A stretch of DNA of 64,000 nt, from positions 160,001-224,000 of the forward strand of contig CAWALK010000001.1 in NCBI GenBank assembly GCA_963782915.1. Direction: 5' to 3'. Every line of letters begins with the position of its first letter. Within the stretch, counting starts at the first letter, position 1. The position numbers and the translations under genes were made by a program. Positions 31,201 to 41,605 of the stretch are shown one piece after another. The DNA comes from an uncultured archaeon (GTDB taxonomy: Archaea > Thermoproteota > Bathyarchaeia > Bathyarchaeales > Bathycorpusculaceae). The notes beneath the pieces were generated by a model. It was not told the DNA's origin and did not search any database. It worked only from the letters and a program-made list of their open reading frames with translations.

Positions 31201-31406
31201 GCGGGCGGATTGTCTCCCGACGTAACCTAACACTTTACCTCATAGCTGAGCGTCGCTTTAAGCTTGGTAAAGCTCTCTCGGCGCAGGAATTTATGCCCGT
31301 GCCCACCGTGTCCCTTGTTTGGGTGAACCCTTCGTCACTGCTAAGCAAGCGTAAGAGCTTGCAACTCTGTTGGGTCCGTCGTCAAGGGTGGAATTAGCCA
31401 GTGGGG
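31201..31406 (+). ncRNA. Putative structured ncRNA with blocks apparently antisense to 23S rRNA domain V
   Basis: GC-rich non-coding island; stems GCGGGC/GCCCGT, CGACG/CGTCG, CTCA/TGAG, GCTTTA/TAAAGC, CCCAC/GTGGG, CCCTTG/CAAGGG, GCAAGC/GCTTGC; TATA-like CTTAAG about 24 nt upstream. Confidence 0.6.
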
Positions 31407-31588
31407 AAATGTATATGCTAAACCAGTAAAGTTAAGCATTCCTATTCAAAGACTGCTTTTTTCTAAAATGCCCCGGCAAACCTTCACCCTTTGCAAGAGC
31501 TTCTCTAGATTCATACGGTTGTAGGCAACAATCATTTTCCTGTTTTTTATCCATAACGATTATACGTTAAAGGCAAAACAAAGATTGG

Positions 31589-32329
31589 ATGGCAACACTA
31601 AGCAAAGCCTCCTTCTGCTTCACAGTTGGCTTGGTTATCTTAATCGCTATACAAGTTATTGCACAAACCCCTATAATCGAATCTTCCCAGCCTACTCAAA
31701 ATTACATACAACCAATCGCCAACAACCAAATAGTTCTAGACGCAGCCAAACACGATGCGTTCAACTGCTACAACACCAACGGAACCGCGCCTGCCATAAA
31801 CGGCAATTCAGCACTCTTCTATGGCGCCAACACAACCAACACTTACTCCGATATAGTATCACAGACCACCGTAAAAGCCGATAAATCGCTCGTACTAGAA
31901 GCCCAAATAACCGCAAATGTAACCTGCTTTTCGGATAGTGGTGAGGACCAGTTTGCAGTTTTCGCCACAGACGACATAACCAACTACAAATCAGACGAAT
32001 TCGGGTTTGCTATGCCAGAAACAGGAAATATCTGGTACGCTTACATCCAATCGCCCAAAATTTTGGGTTTTTTTGTTTGGCAGCCTCTAAACATTCCCGA
32101 TCCCTTGGAGCCGCATAACTTCAAAGCTGTTTACTCAAGCCGTGGCTTATGGCACATGGTTAATTTCTTCGTTGACGGAAAACTACTTTGGAGTACTTCT
32201 TACCCAGATGTTTCTGGAAAAGAGTTTCATATGGTTCTTACGTCGCATAAGGTAAGCGCTGAAAACTTCGACTTAAGCCTGAACCAAATTGAAGTTAAAA
32301 ACGCCCTCTTAAGCGACGAAATAGAATAA
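31589..32329 (+). CDS. Secreted hypothetical protein (ConA/LamG-like beta sandwich)
   Basis: Signal peptide; HNFKAVY...VNFFVDGKL pattern. Confidence 0.6.
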   Translation: MATLSKASFCFTVGLVILIAIQVIAQTPIIESSQPTQNYIQPIANNQIVLDAAKHDAFNCYNTNGTAPAINGNSALFYGANTTNTYSDIVSQTTVKADKSLVLEAQITANVTCFSDSGEDQFAVFATDDITNYKSDEFGFAMPETGNIWYAYIQSPKILGFFVWQPLNIPDPLEPHNFKAVYSSRGLWHMVNFFVDGKLLWSTSYPDVSGKEFHMVLTSHKVSAENFDLSLNQIEVKNALLSDEIE

Positions 32330-32363
32330 GAAAAAATTACCTAAACAGCGCTTTTCGTTAGCA

Positions 32364-33363
32364 TTATTTGACTATATTCTGCGGTTTACCATCAACAAAG
32401 GCTTTAATGTTCTCCAACGTCACCTCGACAAGCCTGTGCAGCGACTCCTGACTACTAAACGCACAATGCGGCGTAATAATTACATTCTTCAACCGCAACA
32501 GAATATGCGACCGCAACATCGTCGCCAACCTCTCCCGTGGCACATTATCCAAAAGCAACTGAGCCTCCTCCCGAATCAAGGCTTCCTCCTCCAAAACATC
32601 CAACCCCGCACCCCTGAGCCGCCCATTCATCAACGCCTCCGTCAACGCCTGAGAATCAATCAAGCCACCCCGCGCAGTATTAATGACGACAGCGCCCTGC
32701 TTCATAGAAGCGATAGTGTCTCTATTGAGGAAATGAAATGTCTCATCAGTCAATGGCAAATGAAGGGACACTATATCTGATTGCTTTAGCAATTCCTGCC
32801 AATCGACGTATTGGAACCCTAATGTTTCAGCTGATTTTTTGTTTGGGTACTTATCGTATGCTATCACCTTCATTTTGAAGCCTTTTGCGATCTCTATTAC
32901 TTTGGTGCCGATGCGTCCAGTGCCTAAGACGCCTAAGGTTTTGCCGTTTAAGTCAAAGCCGCTGACATCTTCACAGGTGAAGTCGCCTTGGCGAGTGCGC
33001 TCGTAGGAGTCATGGATGCCTCTTGAGAAGGAAAGAATCAATGCGAAAGTATGTTCAGCGACAGCTGGTTTCTCCGTAAACTGGCACGTTGCATACGGTG
33101 ATATCGTGCTCTTTGCATGCGGCTATGTCGATGTGGTCGTATCCTGTGGAGCGTGTGGTTATCAAGCGGGCTTTGGCAAGCTGGTTTATGAGTTGCCCAT
33201 TGAGGTTTGAGTAGATGGAGACTGAAATTACGTCTGCATCGAGTGCTTGGGCGATGTTGCGTTCGTCAAGTGGTTCAGTAAACAGATGGACCTCAAAACC
33301 TTCTAGGTCGCCTAGCAAGTAGGGTTGTTCCCAGTCTTGGACTTCAAAAAAAGCTGCCTTCAA
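32364..33363 (-). CDS. D-2-hydroxyacid dehydrogenase (D-lactate dehydrogenase-like; frameshift near 33065)
   Basis: TRSTGYDHID, GTGRIG, INTARG, LDVLEEE, TPHCAF. Confidence 0.9.
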
Positions 33364-33521
33364 AAACTTCAACCTCAGAAACACTAGGATAATCAATGAT
33401 ATTTCAGTAAGTTAAGGAATTTGGCGAGAAACCATTTTCGCTGGGCTGTGGCAGATTAAAAGTCGTTTGGCTTATTCAAGACCATATTGTTTGCTAGCCA
33501 GACGTATTATCGTACCATCGC

Positions 33522-35606
33522 ATGTGTATATTTATAAATACAACTTGGTCGAATCAGGAGCAAAAGGTTGGTATCCGCCTCGTGTCAAAATCAAATAATC
33601 TAATTTATATTTCACTCGTTTTAGTGCTGGTTCTTTCAGTTGCCTCAGCAGCATTCTTCGCCCCAAAAATCAACAATACCCAAGATAACTACAAAGAAGC
33701 AATTGTTACTGCCCGAACCGAAATGTGGCAGAGTATAAACTCTGGGCAAATCGGCAGCGGCGCAATTGCCATAATGGACAACGGAAAAATCGTGTATTCT
33801 GAAGGCTTCGGCATGGCTGACAGGGAAAACAGCACCCCAGTGACCTCCAACACACTATTTAACATCGGCTCAATCAGCAAAACTTTCTGCGCCACAGCCA
33901 TCATGGTTTTGGTGGATGACGGCAAAGTCAAACTTGACGATAACGTTACCAATTATTTGCCGGATTTCACGATGGCAGACCCCAGATACAAGGATATCAC
34001 CGTTAGAATGCTATTAGACCACACCAGCGGGCTACCGGGCACTACCTGGTCAAACAGCATCGGATACGAATACAACGTTAACTATTACCAAGAGGTTCTT
34101 TCCAGCCTGTCTCAAGCGCATCTAAAAGCTGCACCAGGAGAAGCGGCACCCTACACCAACGACGCCTTCACATTAGCAGAGATGATTGTTGCCAGAGTTA
34201 GCGGCGAGAGCTACATCGATTTCCTTTCACAACGAGTCTTCCAGCCTCTTTCACTTGACTATACGGGTCTTAGCGTCGGCGAACAAACCAGCCACACCAT
34301 AGCCCAATACTACTCATCCAGTAGCGGATTAAAGGACCAGCCGCAGGTCGTCTCGATATTAGGCGCTGGCGGATTAGCCTCCACACCAAACGACTTAGTC
34401 CGGTTCGCTGATTCCTTCTCCAGCGGCGGACAACACATACTTTCTCAAGCCTCCCTAGATGAGATGATGAAAGCTCAGCCCTCAGCCTTCGCAGTTCGCG
34501 CTATGAGCCAAATTGGGGTTAACCCTGAATGGCAGTATGGACTCGGCTTGGATTTCGCTGGACTTCCAGTTTATCATCAAATTGGCATAGACGTGTTCGG
34601 AAAAGGAGGCGACGTTGAGGATTACCATGGAAGCTTAATTTCATCTTCCAACCAACGGCTTTCTGTGGCTGTGCTCGTATCGGGACTCATGAATAAAGGA
34701 ACCGACATCGCTTTCCACGTTTTTGACGCTGTCCTACAGGAGAAAGGGCTAATGCAAAAACCAGATGTGCCTATCGCTACTCCATCAACCGAACCAATTC
34801 CGGCACAATACGCCTCGTTTGAAGGGTACTATTCCCCCAAATACCAGTTTTCATTTGACTTCACCGCAAATGTCTGCTTCATGTCATCCCTTGGCACCAC
34901 CGGAACATGGAGTGCACCCTATCCACTTGCTTACCGAGACGGCTACTTCGACGCTGGAACTACACACATCTCATTTGCAACAGTGGATGGGCAAAACTAC
35001 ATGTTAATGTCCGTGGACTGCAACACCGCATACATCGTTGGAGGACAACAACTAAAACAGTTGGATAACCCTTTGAGCCTAGGAGTTGACATCAACGGCG
35101 CGGTGTGGCTTAGGCGAAACGTTGCACCCTACGAAGCAGTAACGACCCTTGCTCCCCCATACATTGTTGTTTCCGCAACCACCGATGGATTGCCCGGTTA
35201 TGTGGGTTTCAACGGCATCAAAGTGGTCGACTCTTTGGATCACGCAGGCATGCCGGCAGGCACGGTCCGAGACCAAACAGAACTGACGCTACTTAATCGG
35301 GATGGGCAAGTTTGGGTACAAGCCTCCGACGCTATCTATAGCCCAATCTCCGACGCCAAACTATTGAACAAAGGAACAAACTCCGTCACTATCGGCAGCG
35401 AAGGATACAACGAATGGTTCGTAGCCACAAGCGGTGCAGTTTTGAGCTTTCAAGTGCCCGCAAAGGACAAAGCAACTGTTTTTGCGCCAGACGGTTCACC
35501 TTTCTATGATAGTGCAACATTCACTGGCGAGGTGTATGTGCCGCAGGGTTGCTTTGTAATGCTAGCGGGGCAACCGGGAGACGTTTTGGGTGTATCCTCA
35601 AAATGA
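33522..35606 (+). CDS. Serine hydrolase, beta-lactamase class C / PBP family, secreted
   Basis: F.IGSISK (SxxK), LLDHTSG, YTN, GKGG. Confidence 0.9.
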   Translation: MCIFINTTWSNQEQKVGIRLVSKSNNLIYISLVLVLVLSVASAAFFAPKINNTQDNYKEAIVTARTEMWQSINSGQIGSGAIAIMDNGKIVYSEGFGMADRENSTPVTSNTLFNIGSISKTFCATAIMVLVDDGKVKLDDNVTNYLPDFTMADPRYKDITVRMLLDHTSGLPGTTWSNSIGYEYNVNYYQEVLSSLSQAHLKAAPGEAAPYTNDAFTLAEMIVARVSGESYIDFLSQRVFQPLSLDYTGLSVGEQTSHTIAQYYSSSSGLKDQPQVVSILGAGGLASTPNDLVRFADSFSSGGQHILSQASLDEMMKAQPSAFAVRAMSQIGVNPEWQYGLGLDFAGLPVYHQIGIDVFGKGGDVEDYHGSLISSSNQRLSVAVLVSGLMNKGTDIAFHVFDAVLQEKGLMQKPDVPIATPSTEPIPAQYASFEGYYSPKYQFSFDFTANVCFMSSLGTTGTWSAPYPLAYRDGYFDAGTTHISFATVDGQNYMLMSVDCNTAYIVGGQQLKQLDNPLSLGVDINGAVWLRRNVAPYEAVTTLAPPYIVVSATTDGLPGYVGFNGIKVVDSLDHAGMPAGTVRDQTELTLLNRDGQVWVQASDAIYSPISDAKLLNKGTNSVTIGSEGYNEWFVATSGAVLSFQVPAKDKATVFAPDGSPFYDSATFTGEVYVPQGCFVMLAGQPGDVLGVSSK

Positions 35607-35726
35607 GGTCTTGACCGCAAACGCCCTTAATATCTTAAACGAAATAGTGGTGAGCACTTACAAGCTCACCTCACTATCAAGCCCTGAATTAAAAACCTCT
35701 TTTTATAAAATTAAATGAAGAATTCG

Positions 35727-35803
35727 TGGGGCCGGGGCCGAGATTTGAACTCGGGCGAAAGGCTCCACAGGCCTCTATGCTGCCAAGCTACACCACCCCG
35801 GCC
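35727..35803 (-). tRNA. trnH: tRNA-His(GTG), with G-1 and CCA encoded
   Basis: G-GCCGGGG...GAGGC-CTGTGGA-GCCTT...CCGAG-TTCAAAT-CTCGG-CCCCGGC-C-CCA. Confidence 0.95.
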
Positions 35804-36097
35804 GCTCTATCTGCTTGCCTGCGTTTTTCGGTCGCCTTTTTCGTGTAGCGCTATGATTGAGTGACAAACCCCTTATTTTCGCTTTCGGAAAATTTCTTCG
35901 ATAACTCATCAAAAATGGCGTCAGCCGCTCAATTTGTTCTCCCTTGACGGTTAACTCCTTAAAAGTAGCTTCGGTTGCTGCATTAATCTGAGTGTAATTG
36001 CGTGTTTTGAGCTTTGTCTAAAATGTTTGTTACACACGCAGAGCTATCCCAACCAAACACTCTCTTTTAAGAAAAACAATGCTTGAGTTGAAAAACA

Positions 36098-36298
36098 ATG
36101 GCTGGCAAAATCAAACAAATGTTAGATAAACTCATCGAAACAAGGAGCAAAGGAATCCCCACTCTGGTAAACACCACCAAAGCAAAACTGCAACTAAAAG
36201 GCATCGACTACCGAGCTTACACCGCAACCTCACCCGACGACCCAGCGATGATAAACAAAATAATTGAAGTAGCCAAAGAAATGGGTATCACCATATAG
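36098..36298 (+). CDS. Small hypothetical protein upstream of the FIST gene
   Basis: 66-aa ORF with good codon usage, 13 nt before the FIST gene. Confidence 0.75.
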   Translation: MAGKIKQMLDKLIETRSKGIPTLVNTTKAKLQLKGIDYRAYTATSPDDPAMINKIIEVAKEMGITI

Positions 36299-36311
36299 GA
36301 GAAACAAAAAC

Positions 36312-37415
36312 ATGACAGCAAAAACAGCATACTCCATTAAAGAGAACATAACACAAAATATCCAAGAAATCAGCACTCAACTTGGCACATCTGCCCCCAC
36401 ATTGCTGCTTTTCTTTGCCTCAACAAAATATGACTTAGCCAAATTGGGGCAAGAACTCCAAAAAACCTATCCCAAAACAAAAATCCTCGGATGCTCCACC
36501 GCCGGCGAGTTAGTTACGGGCAAAATGCTCAAGAACTCCGTCGTTGCTATGGCTTTCGACAAAGACTCCATATCCGACCTCGATGTAGCGGTTGCTGAAA
36601 ACATAAAAACAGAAAACAACCTTAAAGCCGCTTTTAGCCAATTCGAAAAGCACTATAAACAAAAAATTAGCAGCCTAAACATCGACCAATACGTCGGCAT
36701 AATCCTCATCGACGGCTTAAGTGGCCAAGAAGAAAAAGTCATGGATACCATTGGCAACTTGACAGATATCACTTTTATCGGGGGCTCAGCTGGTGACGAC
36801 TTGAAATTCAAGTCTACTCAAATCTATGCAAACGGAGCAGTCCACAGCAACGCAGCAGTCTTAGCGCTTCTAAAACCAACAAAAGGTTATGATATCATTA
36901 AAACTCAAAGCTTCAAAGCTCTTCCTAAGAAACTCGTCGCCAGCAAAGTAGATGAAGCCAAACGTGAAGTTCTCTGCTTTAACCAAATGCCCGCAGTTGA
37001 AGCTTACGCAAAAGCCACCAAAACCACCCCTGCAACCGTACAAACAGTGTTCATGAAAAACCCAGTTGGATTAATGGTTAACGGTGAACCATACGTTCGC
37101 AGTCCTCAACAAATCAAAGGCGACAGTATAGTGTTCTACTGTAACATCAAAGAGGGCACCGAATTAACATTGCTTGAATCCACCGATATCATCGCTGACA
37201 CACAGAAGGATCTAAAACAAAAGATTGCAACCGAGAAACCGGCAGGTATTATCAACTTCCACTGTATACTGCGCACTCTTGAGCTTGAAGAGAAAAAACA
37301 AACGGAAGCTTACGGAAAAATATTCGCTGATCTTCCAACCGTTGGCTTTAGCACCTATGGCGAACAGTATCTGGGCCACATAAACCAAACCTCAACCATA
37401 CTTATCATAAAATAG
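36312..37415 (+). CDS. FIST N/C domain protein (stand-alone sensor)
   Basis: GCSTAGE, GGSAGDD, CILR, GFSTYGEQ...HINQT. Confidence 0.9.
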   Translation: MTAKTAYSIKENITQNIQEISTQLGTSAPTLLLFFASTKYDLAKLGQELQKTYPKTKILGCSTAGELVTGKMLKNSVVAMAFDKDSISDLDVAVAENIKTENNLKAAFSQFEKHYKQKISSLNIDQYVGIILIDGLSGQEEKVMDTIGNLTDITFIGGSAGDDLKFKSTQIYANGAVHSNAAVLALLKPTKGYDIIKTQSFKALPKKLVASKVDEAKREVLCFNQMPAVEAYAKATKTTPATVQTVFMKNPVGLMVNGEPYVRSPQQIKGDSIVFYCNIKEGTELTLLESTDIIADTQKDLKQKIATEKPAGIINFHCILRTLELEEKKQTEAYGKIFADLPTVGFSTYGEQYLGHINQTSTILIIK

Positions 37416-37605
37416 CCCTTTTTCTTCCGTCATTTCTTTTTTTTCTGCTTCTTAACTTAATAAAACTGCTGAAGTGCTCTGAGACGTCTTTGTTTGCTAA
37501 AGTAGTTAAGTAGTTAACCCCTCTTTTGGCATATGTATTTATACCGAAAAGCGTTCAATTTGGGAATTAGTTTATTAACGAAAAGCGCCAAGCGGTTAAG
37601 CTAAC

Positions 37606-38777
37606 ATGCGACGTGCACCAACACAACTCTTCGGTCCAGTATGCAAAAACCCTGCTTTGCTCATGAGTTTTGGCAGAGGTGCCTATCGGCAATTCGTCAA
37701 ATGCAAACTGGACTACGGCAAAGAGGATGGTAGCAGTTCTTCTCTTTGGCTTTTGAGTTTAAGGATTACTCATCGCTGTAATCACCGATGTGCAATCTGT
37801 GCGCAATGGGGCGAAAACGGTTACAACGCAAGAGGCGATACCCCAAAAGTTACCGGTGAAGTTCCCCCAGAGGTTTATCGTAGAGTTATCGATGAGGTGG
37901 CGCCAAAAAAAGTTCACGTTTACATAACCGGCGGGCGAACCCTTCCTTTACGAACCGCTTGTGCCCTTGGTTAATTATATGAAGGAGAAGGGGTTGACTG
38001 TTCAAATCGTTACCAACGGCGTCGGATTGGAAAAGAATGCCGAAACCATTGTCGATAATGGTTGGGATATGATTTGTGTCTCCTTTGATGGTCCCAAGGG
38101 AGGTTCATGATAAATGCCGAGGCGTTCAGGGTGCATTGGATGCTGCGATCAAAGGAATGTCTGAGATACAGCGGTTAAAGGCGCTCAAGAACAAGAAAAA
38201 ACCAGCCCTCTTTGTGTTAACTACGATTTCTAAGAATAATCAGGATATGCTGCTTGAAACCGTTAAGGAAGCTGAGAAAATACAGCCTGACGGCATGATA
38301 GTGTACTATTCATGGTTCACTAAAGAATGGATTGGGCAGAAGCACACTGAGATTGTGAATGAAAAACTGGGCGTAACACCCTTTGCATGGAAAGGCTATG
38401 TTCGGGATACCTCAACGTTGGATATTGACAGAATCGCACAAGAGATACATGAAATTAAGTCTCAGAAATTCAAGATGCCCATCGTTTTTGTGCCTGACCT
38501 AAACCCTGAAGACATTCGAACATACTATACCCACCCAGAAGACTTCTTCGGGTACAAAAAATGCATCTCCCCCTGGTTCCAACTCGACGTTATGCCAAAC
38601 GGCGATACAGTTACCTGTCGTGATTTCCCAGATTTCGTAACCGGAAACATTAAAGAATCAACCATCCAAGAAATATATAACGGCGAGAGGCACCGGCAAT
38701 TCAGGCGGGCGCTGAGAAGCTGCGAAAATGGAGTTTTTCCGATATGTTCACGTTGCTGCGGATTAATGGGTTACTAA
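37606..38777 (+). CDS. Radical SAM / SPASM-domain protein (frameshift near 37936)
   Basis: CNHRCAIC, TGG(E)P, TNG; C-terminal C..PW...PNGD...C...GNI...CSRCC. Confidence 0.88.
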
Positions 38778-38832
38778 CGGATTCATATGCCAAGAATTCC
38801 TGTGGCGCTACGGTTAGCTGTAAATTTGGAAA

Positions 38833-39597
38833 ATGCTGGTGATTGGTATGGAACCCATTGATGTTGCTATCTTAACTTTGAATAGCGAACGTAAACTGCG
38901 GCAATGCCTAAACTCGGTTTACGCTTATGTGCCGGTTAAACGGTTACTTGTCGTCGATGGTTTCTCATCCGATGGCACGTTAGCTATTTTTGGGGAGTTC
39001 CAAGCGAAATACGGCAATGTCGTCATTGTTCAAGAGAAGGGAACTCGCGGTAGCGCAAGACAAACCGCCATTGAGATGGTGCAGACGGAATGGTTCCTGT
39101 TCGTAGACAGCGATGTTGTGCTCTGCAAGGACTGGTTTACCCAAGCCGAAAAGCTATTGCGGGATGATGTGGGTGCGGTTTGGGGTATTGAAATCTGGTC
39201 CGTTCTAAGGAACTCCAAGATTCTTCCGATTTTTGAAAGAATGACGCTGAAGATTTTTGAGAAACGCGGCGGAACCCATGATTTGCTGGTTAGGCACAAA
39301 TCAGTTGATGGCATCAAGATACCTTTTAAGTTGCACACATACGAGGATGGATACATTAAAAATTGGATTGAGCATAACGGCTACAAAGTGCTAGGCGTTT
39401 ACGAGCCTTACTGTATGCATTATCGCCCCGAAAGCACCTGGAATGTACAGACAAACATAGGCTTCATGGTAAGCGACCTCAAGTATGCTATCCGGCGTCC
39501 AATGCTTCTGCTCTCTTATGCGTTCTATTCGGGGATTGTTGTGGTGCAGATTTTTATGAATAAGCAAAAGCAAAACCGAACGAAAAGAGTCAGATAA
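38833..39597 (+). CDS. Glycosyltransferase family 2
   Basis: VVDGFSSDGT, FVDSD, ED. Confidence 0.9.
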   Translation: MLVIGMEPIDVAILTLNSERKLRQCLNSVYAYVPVKRLLVVDGFSSDGTLAIFGEFQAKYGNVVIVQEKGTRGSARQTAIEMVQTEWFLFVDSDVVLCKDWFTQAEKLLRDDVGAVWGIEIWSVLRNSKILPIFERMTLKIFEKRGGTHDLLVRHKSVDGIKIPFKLHTYEDGYIKNWIEHNGYKVLGVYEPYCMHYRPESTWNVQTNIGFMVSDLKYAIRRPMLLLSYAFYSGIVVVQIFMNKQKQNRTKRVR

Positions 39598-39625
39598 ACC
39601 CAGTTAGCATCACCTGTGAAAAGGC

Positions 39626-39663
39626 GCTGTTGCTCTTGGTGACTCCCCTCCCCTTATTTAAAG
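39626..39663 (-). repeat. Dispersed repeat A, degenerate copy 4
   Basis: Reverse complement TTTAAATAAGGGGAGGGGAG...AGAGCAAC. Confidence 0.55.
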
Positions 39664-39692
39664 CAGCGAATTCTTTTTTGCTAAAGGCTTAA

Positions 39693-40622
39693 GTGCTGAC
39701 ATGGCAGTGTAGCTTCATCGGTGTGCACTTGGATAAAAACGACGTAATACTCTGCCAGCTCCTGCTTGCAAACTCCAGAACCTCCTATAGGGAACTAGCC
39801 GAAAAACTGGATTTATCGATAACCGCAGTGCACAACCGTATCCAATCGATGACTGAGGCAGGTATAATTCGCCGATACAACACAACCATTAGCTTAATTG
39901 CCAAACCCGCCATCCACATCTTAATCTACGGAACCTCAAAAACCACCTCCGTTAACACTATAAAACCTAAATTAGCTGCACAGGGCTCAATCTACTGGTT
40001 AGCCGTTGCAGGCGGAAACATTCTCTACATAGGCGCTTATCTACGAGATATTGCCGAGTTAGATGATTTAGTGAGTTTTGTTAGACAAACTGCTGAGATG
40101 CCTGAACCAACCGTGGGCATAACAACCTCGCCCATACCCCCTGGCATGAAAACGATGATTGTTAAAACAAAACTTTCCGACTTAGACTACAAAATACTTA
40201 GGGCACTAAAAGATGACTCACGCAAAGCCACCTCAGACATCGCCCAAGAAGTCGGAGTCTCAGCCAAAACAGTCAGCCACAGACTCGCCTACATGACCAA
40301 AAACTATCTAGTACAGTTCTCAATCGATTGGTACCCTGACGCTTCCAACGATATCTTGAGCGTATTCCACGTTAACCTAAAAAGTGACGCCAACCCCAAC
40401 TCAGTTAACCAAATTTTACAGAACCACTACCCCAATACCCTCTTCTACTGGGGCTTCAGCAACCTCCCAAACAGTTACTTCTTCATGGTTTGGACCCCAA
40501 CAAGCAAAGAACTAAAAGACGTCCGAGAAAAAATCGAGCAGGACCCAGCCGTCCAATTCGTTTCACCCAACGTCGTCTACACAGGCTACATATTTCCGAC
40601 CTGGCGAGACCAAATACCCTAA
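39693..40622 (+). CDS. Lrp/AsnC-family regulator with duplicated HTH
   Basis: Two 'LD..IL..L..DSR.....IA..LG.S' units. Confidence 0.88.
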   Translation: MLTWQCSFIGVHLDKNDVILCQLLLANSRTSYRELAEKLDLSITAVHNRIQSMTEAGIIRRYNTTISLIAKPAIHILIYGTSKTTSVNTIKPKLAAQGSIYWLAVAGGNILYIGAYLRDIAELDDLVSFVRQTAEMPEPTVGITTSPIPPGMKTMIVKTKLSDLDYKILRALKDDSRKATSDIAQEVGVSAKTVSHRLAYMTKNYLVQFSIDWYPDASNDILSVFHVNLKSDANPNSVNQILQNHYPNTLFYWGFSNLPNSYFFMVWTPTSKELKDVREKIEQDPAVQFVSPNVVYTGYIFPTWRDQIP

Positions 40623-40658
40623 GAGCCCTTAGCAGCGCCGAAAAAATCCAGTAAAAAG

Positions 40659-41339
40659 TTATGGCGTTATGTACTCTATTGCTATGTTGCCGTTTCCGGA
40701 CATAAGCGCCAAGGTGAGGTTGCCTTCTCCATCGGAGGTAGCGCCCTTGAGTCGGGTTGTTGTTTCAGTATCTGCGTCTAATGGGATTCCTTGATGGGTA
40801 ATGTTCCCGTTCACGGTTGTGGCGGTTACTTGGAAGAGCGTGTTCTGTGTTAAGCCGATATTAACGTTACCGTTGCCGGTTATGGCGTTTATTTCGTTGC
40901 TGTTGCTGCCTTGGGTATCTATGTTGCCGTTGGTGGTGGTGAGGGTCAAATTGTATTTGCTATTGTTTGGCAGGTTGACTATGAGGCTTGCCTTATAATT
41001 TACGCCTTGATTGATTTGAAGAGCAGCGCTGGTTACTATGGTCGTTACGTTGTCGCTTTTGGTCTCGTTTGTAGAAGTTTTAATATCCTTCAGGTATCCA
41101 TAGGGCGCTGTAACATTATACATGACTTCGATTTGGCTGCCCGTTGTTGAATGGATTTCTATGTCACCGTTAAAAGTGGCTGCTTGAATCACAACGTTTT
41201 CCTTGGGGGTATACGTTGTTTTGTCTTCTCGGTGTTCCATAGGCGCCATAGCGTTTTGTATGACTGCGAAGGCGCAGACTGTTAGTATCGCTGATATCAG
41301 AACTAATGCAAGTATGATGCTTTTGGTTGATTTCTTCAC
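40659..41339 (-). CDS. DUF4097-like beta-strand repeat (adhesin-like) protein
   Basis: Signal anchor; repeated T.NGNI motifs. Confidence 0.8.
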   Translation of the reverse strand: MKKSTKSIILALVLISAILTVCAFAVIQNAMAPMEHREDKTTYTPKENVVIQAATFNGDIEIHSTTGSQIEVMYNVTAPYGYLKDIKTSTNETKSDNVTTIVTSAALQINQGVNYKASLIVNLPNNSKYNLTLTTTNGNIDTQGSNSNEINAITGNGNVNIGLTQNTLFQVTATTVNGNITHQGIPLDADTETTTRLKGATSDGEGNLTLALMSGNGNIAIEYITP

Positions 41340-41605
41340 TTAATTCTTCCTAAGGTGTTCTGTTTAGCTCTTTGAACGGTTTGGCTGTTTTAAAATCTTC
41401 CCTATAAACCGCCGTACATGTCCATTTTTTAACCTTCAGTAGTTGAAAAGGGAACTTTTCTGTTGACTATGTGCCGTTTTGTTTACTTAGCGGTAAACGT
41501 GAAACTAAATTCCTAAACGCCTTTCGCTATTGAGGTACGTAACAATGTTTCGTGGTTACTTAAATGAAAAATCAAATCTAACAAGTACTCAAGAGAGGAA
41601 GAAAA

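Noticed and set aside
31201-31406. T-box riboswitch for tyrS, RNase P RNA or SRP RNA
   Set aside because: The AAGGGTGGAA T-box-like word is on the wrong strand for tyrS; no RNase P P4 (GAGGAAAGUCC) or SRP helix 8 motif seen
31589-35803. Integrated element at the tRNA-His 3' end
   Set aside because: No integrase, no duplicated tRNA 3' end and no phage or plasmid genes seen
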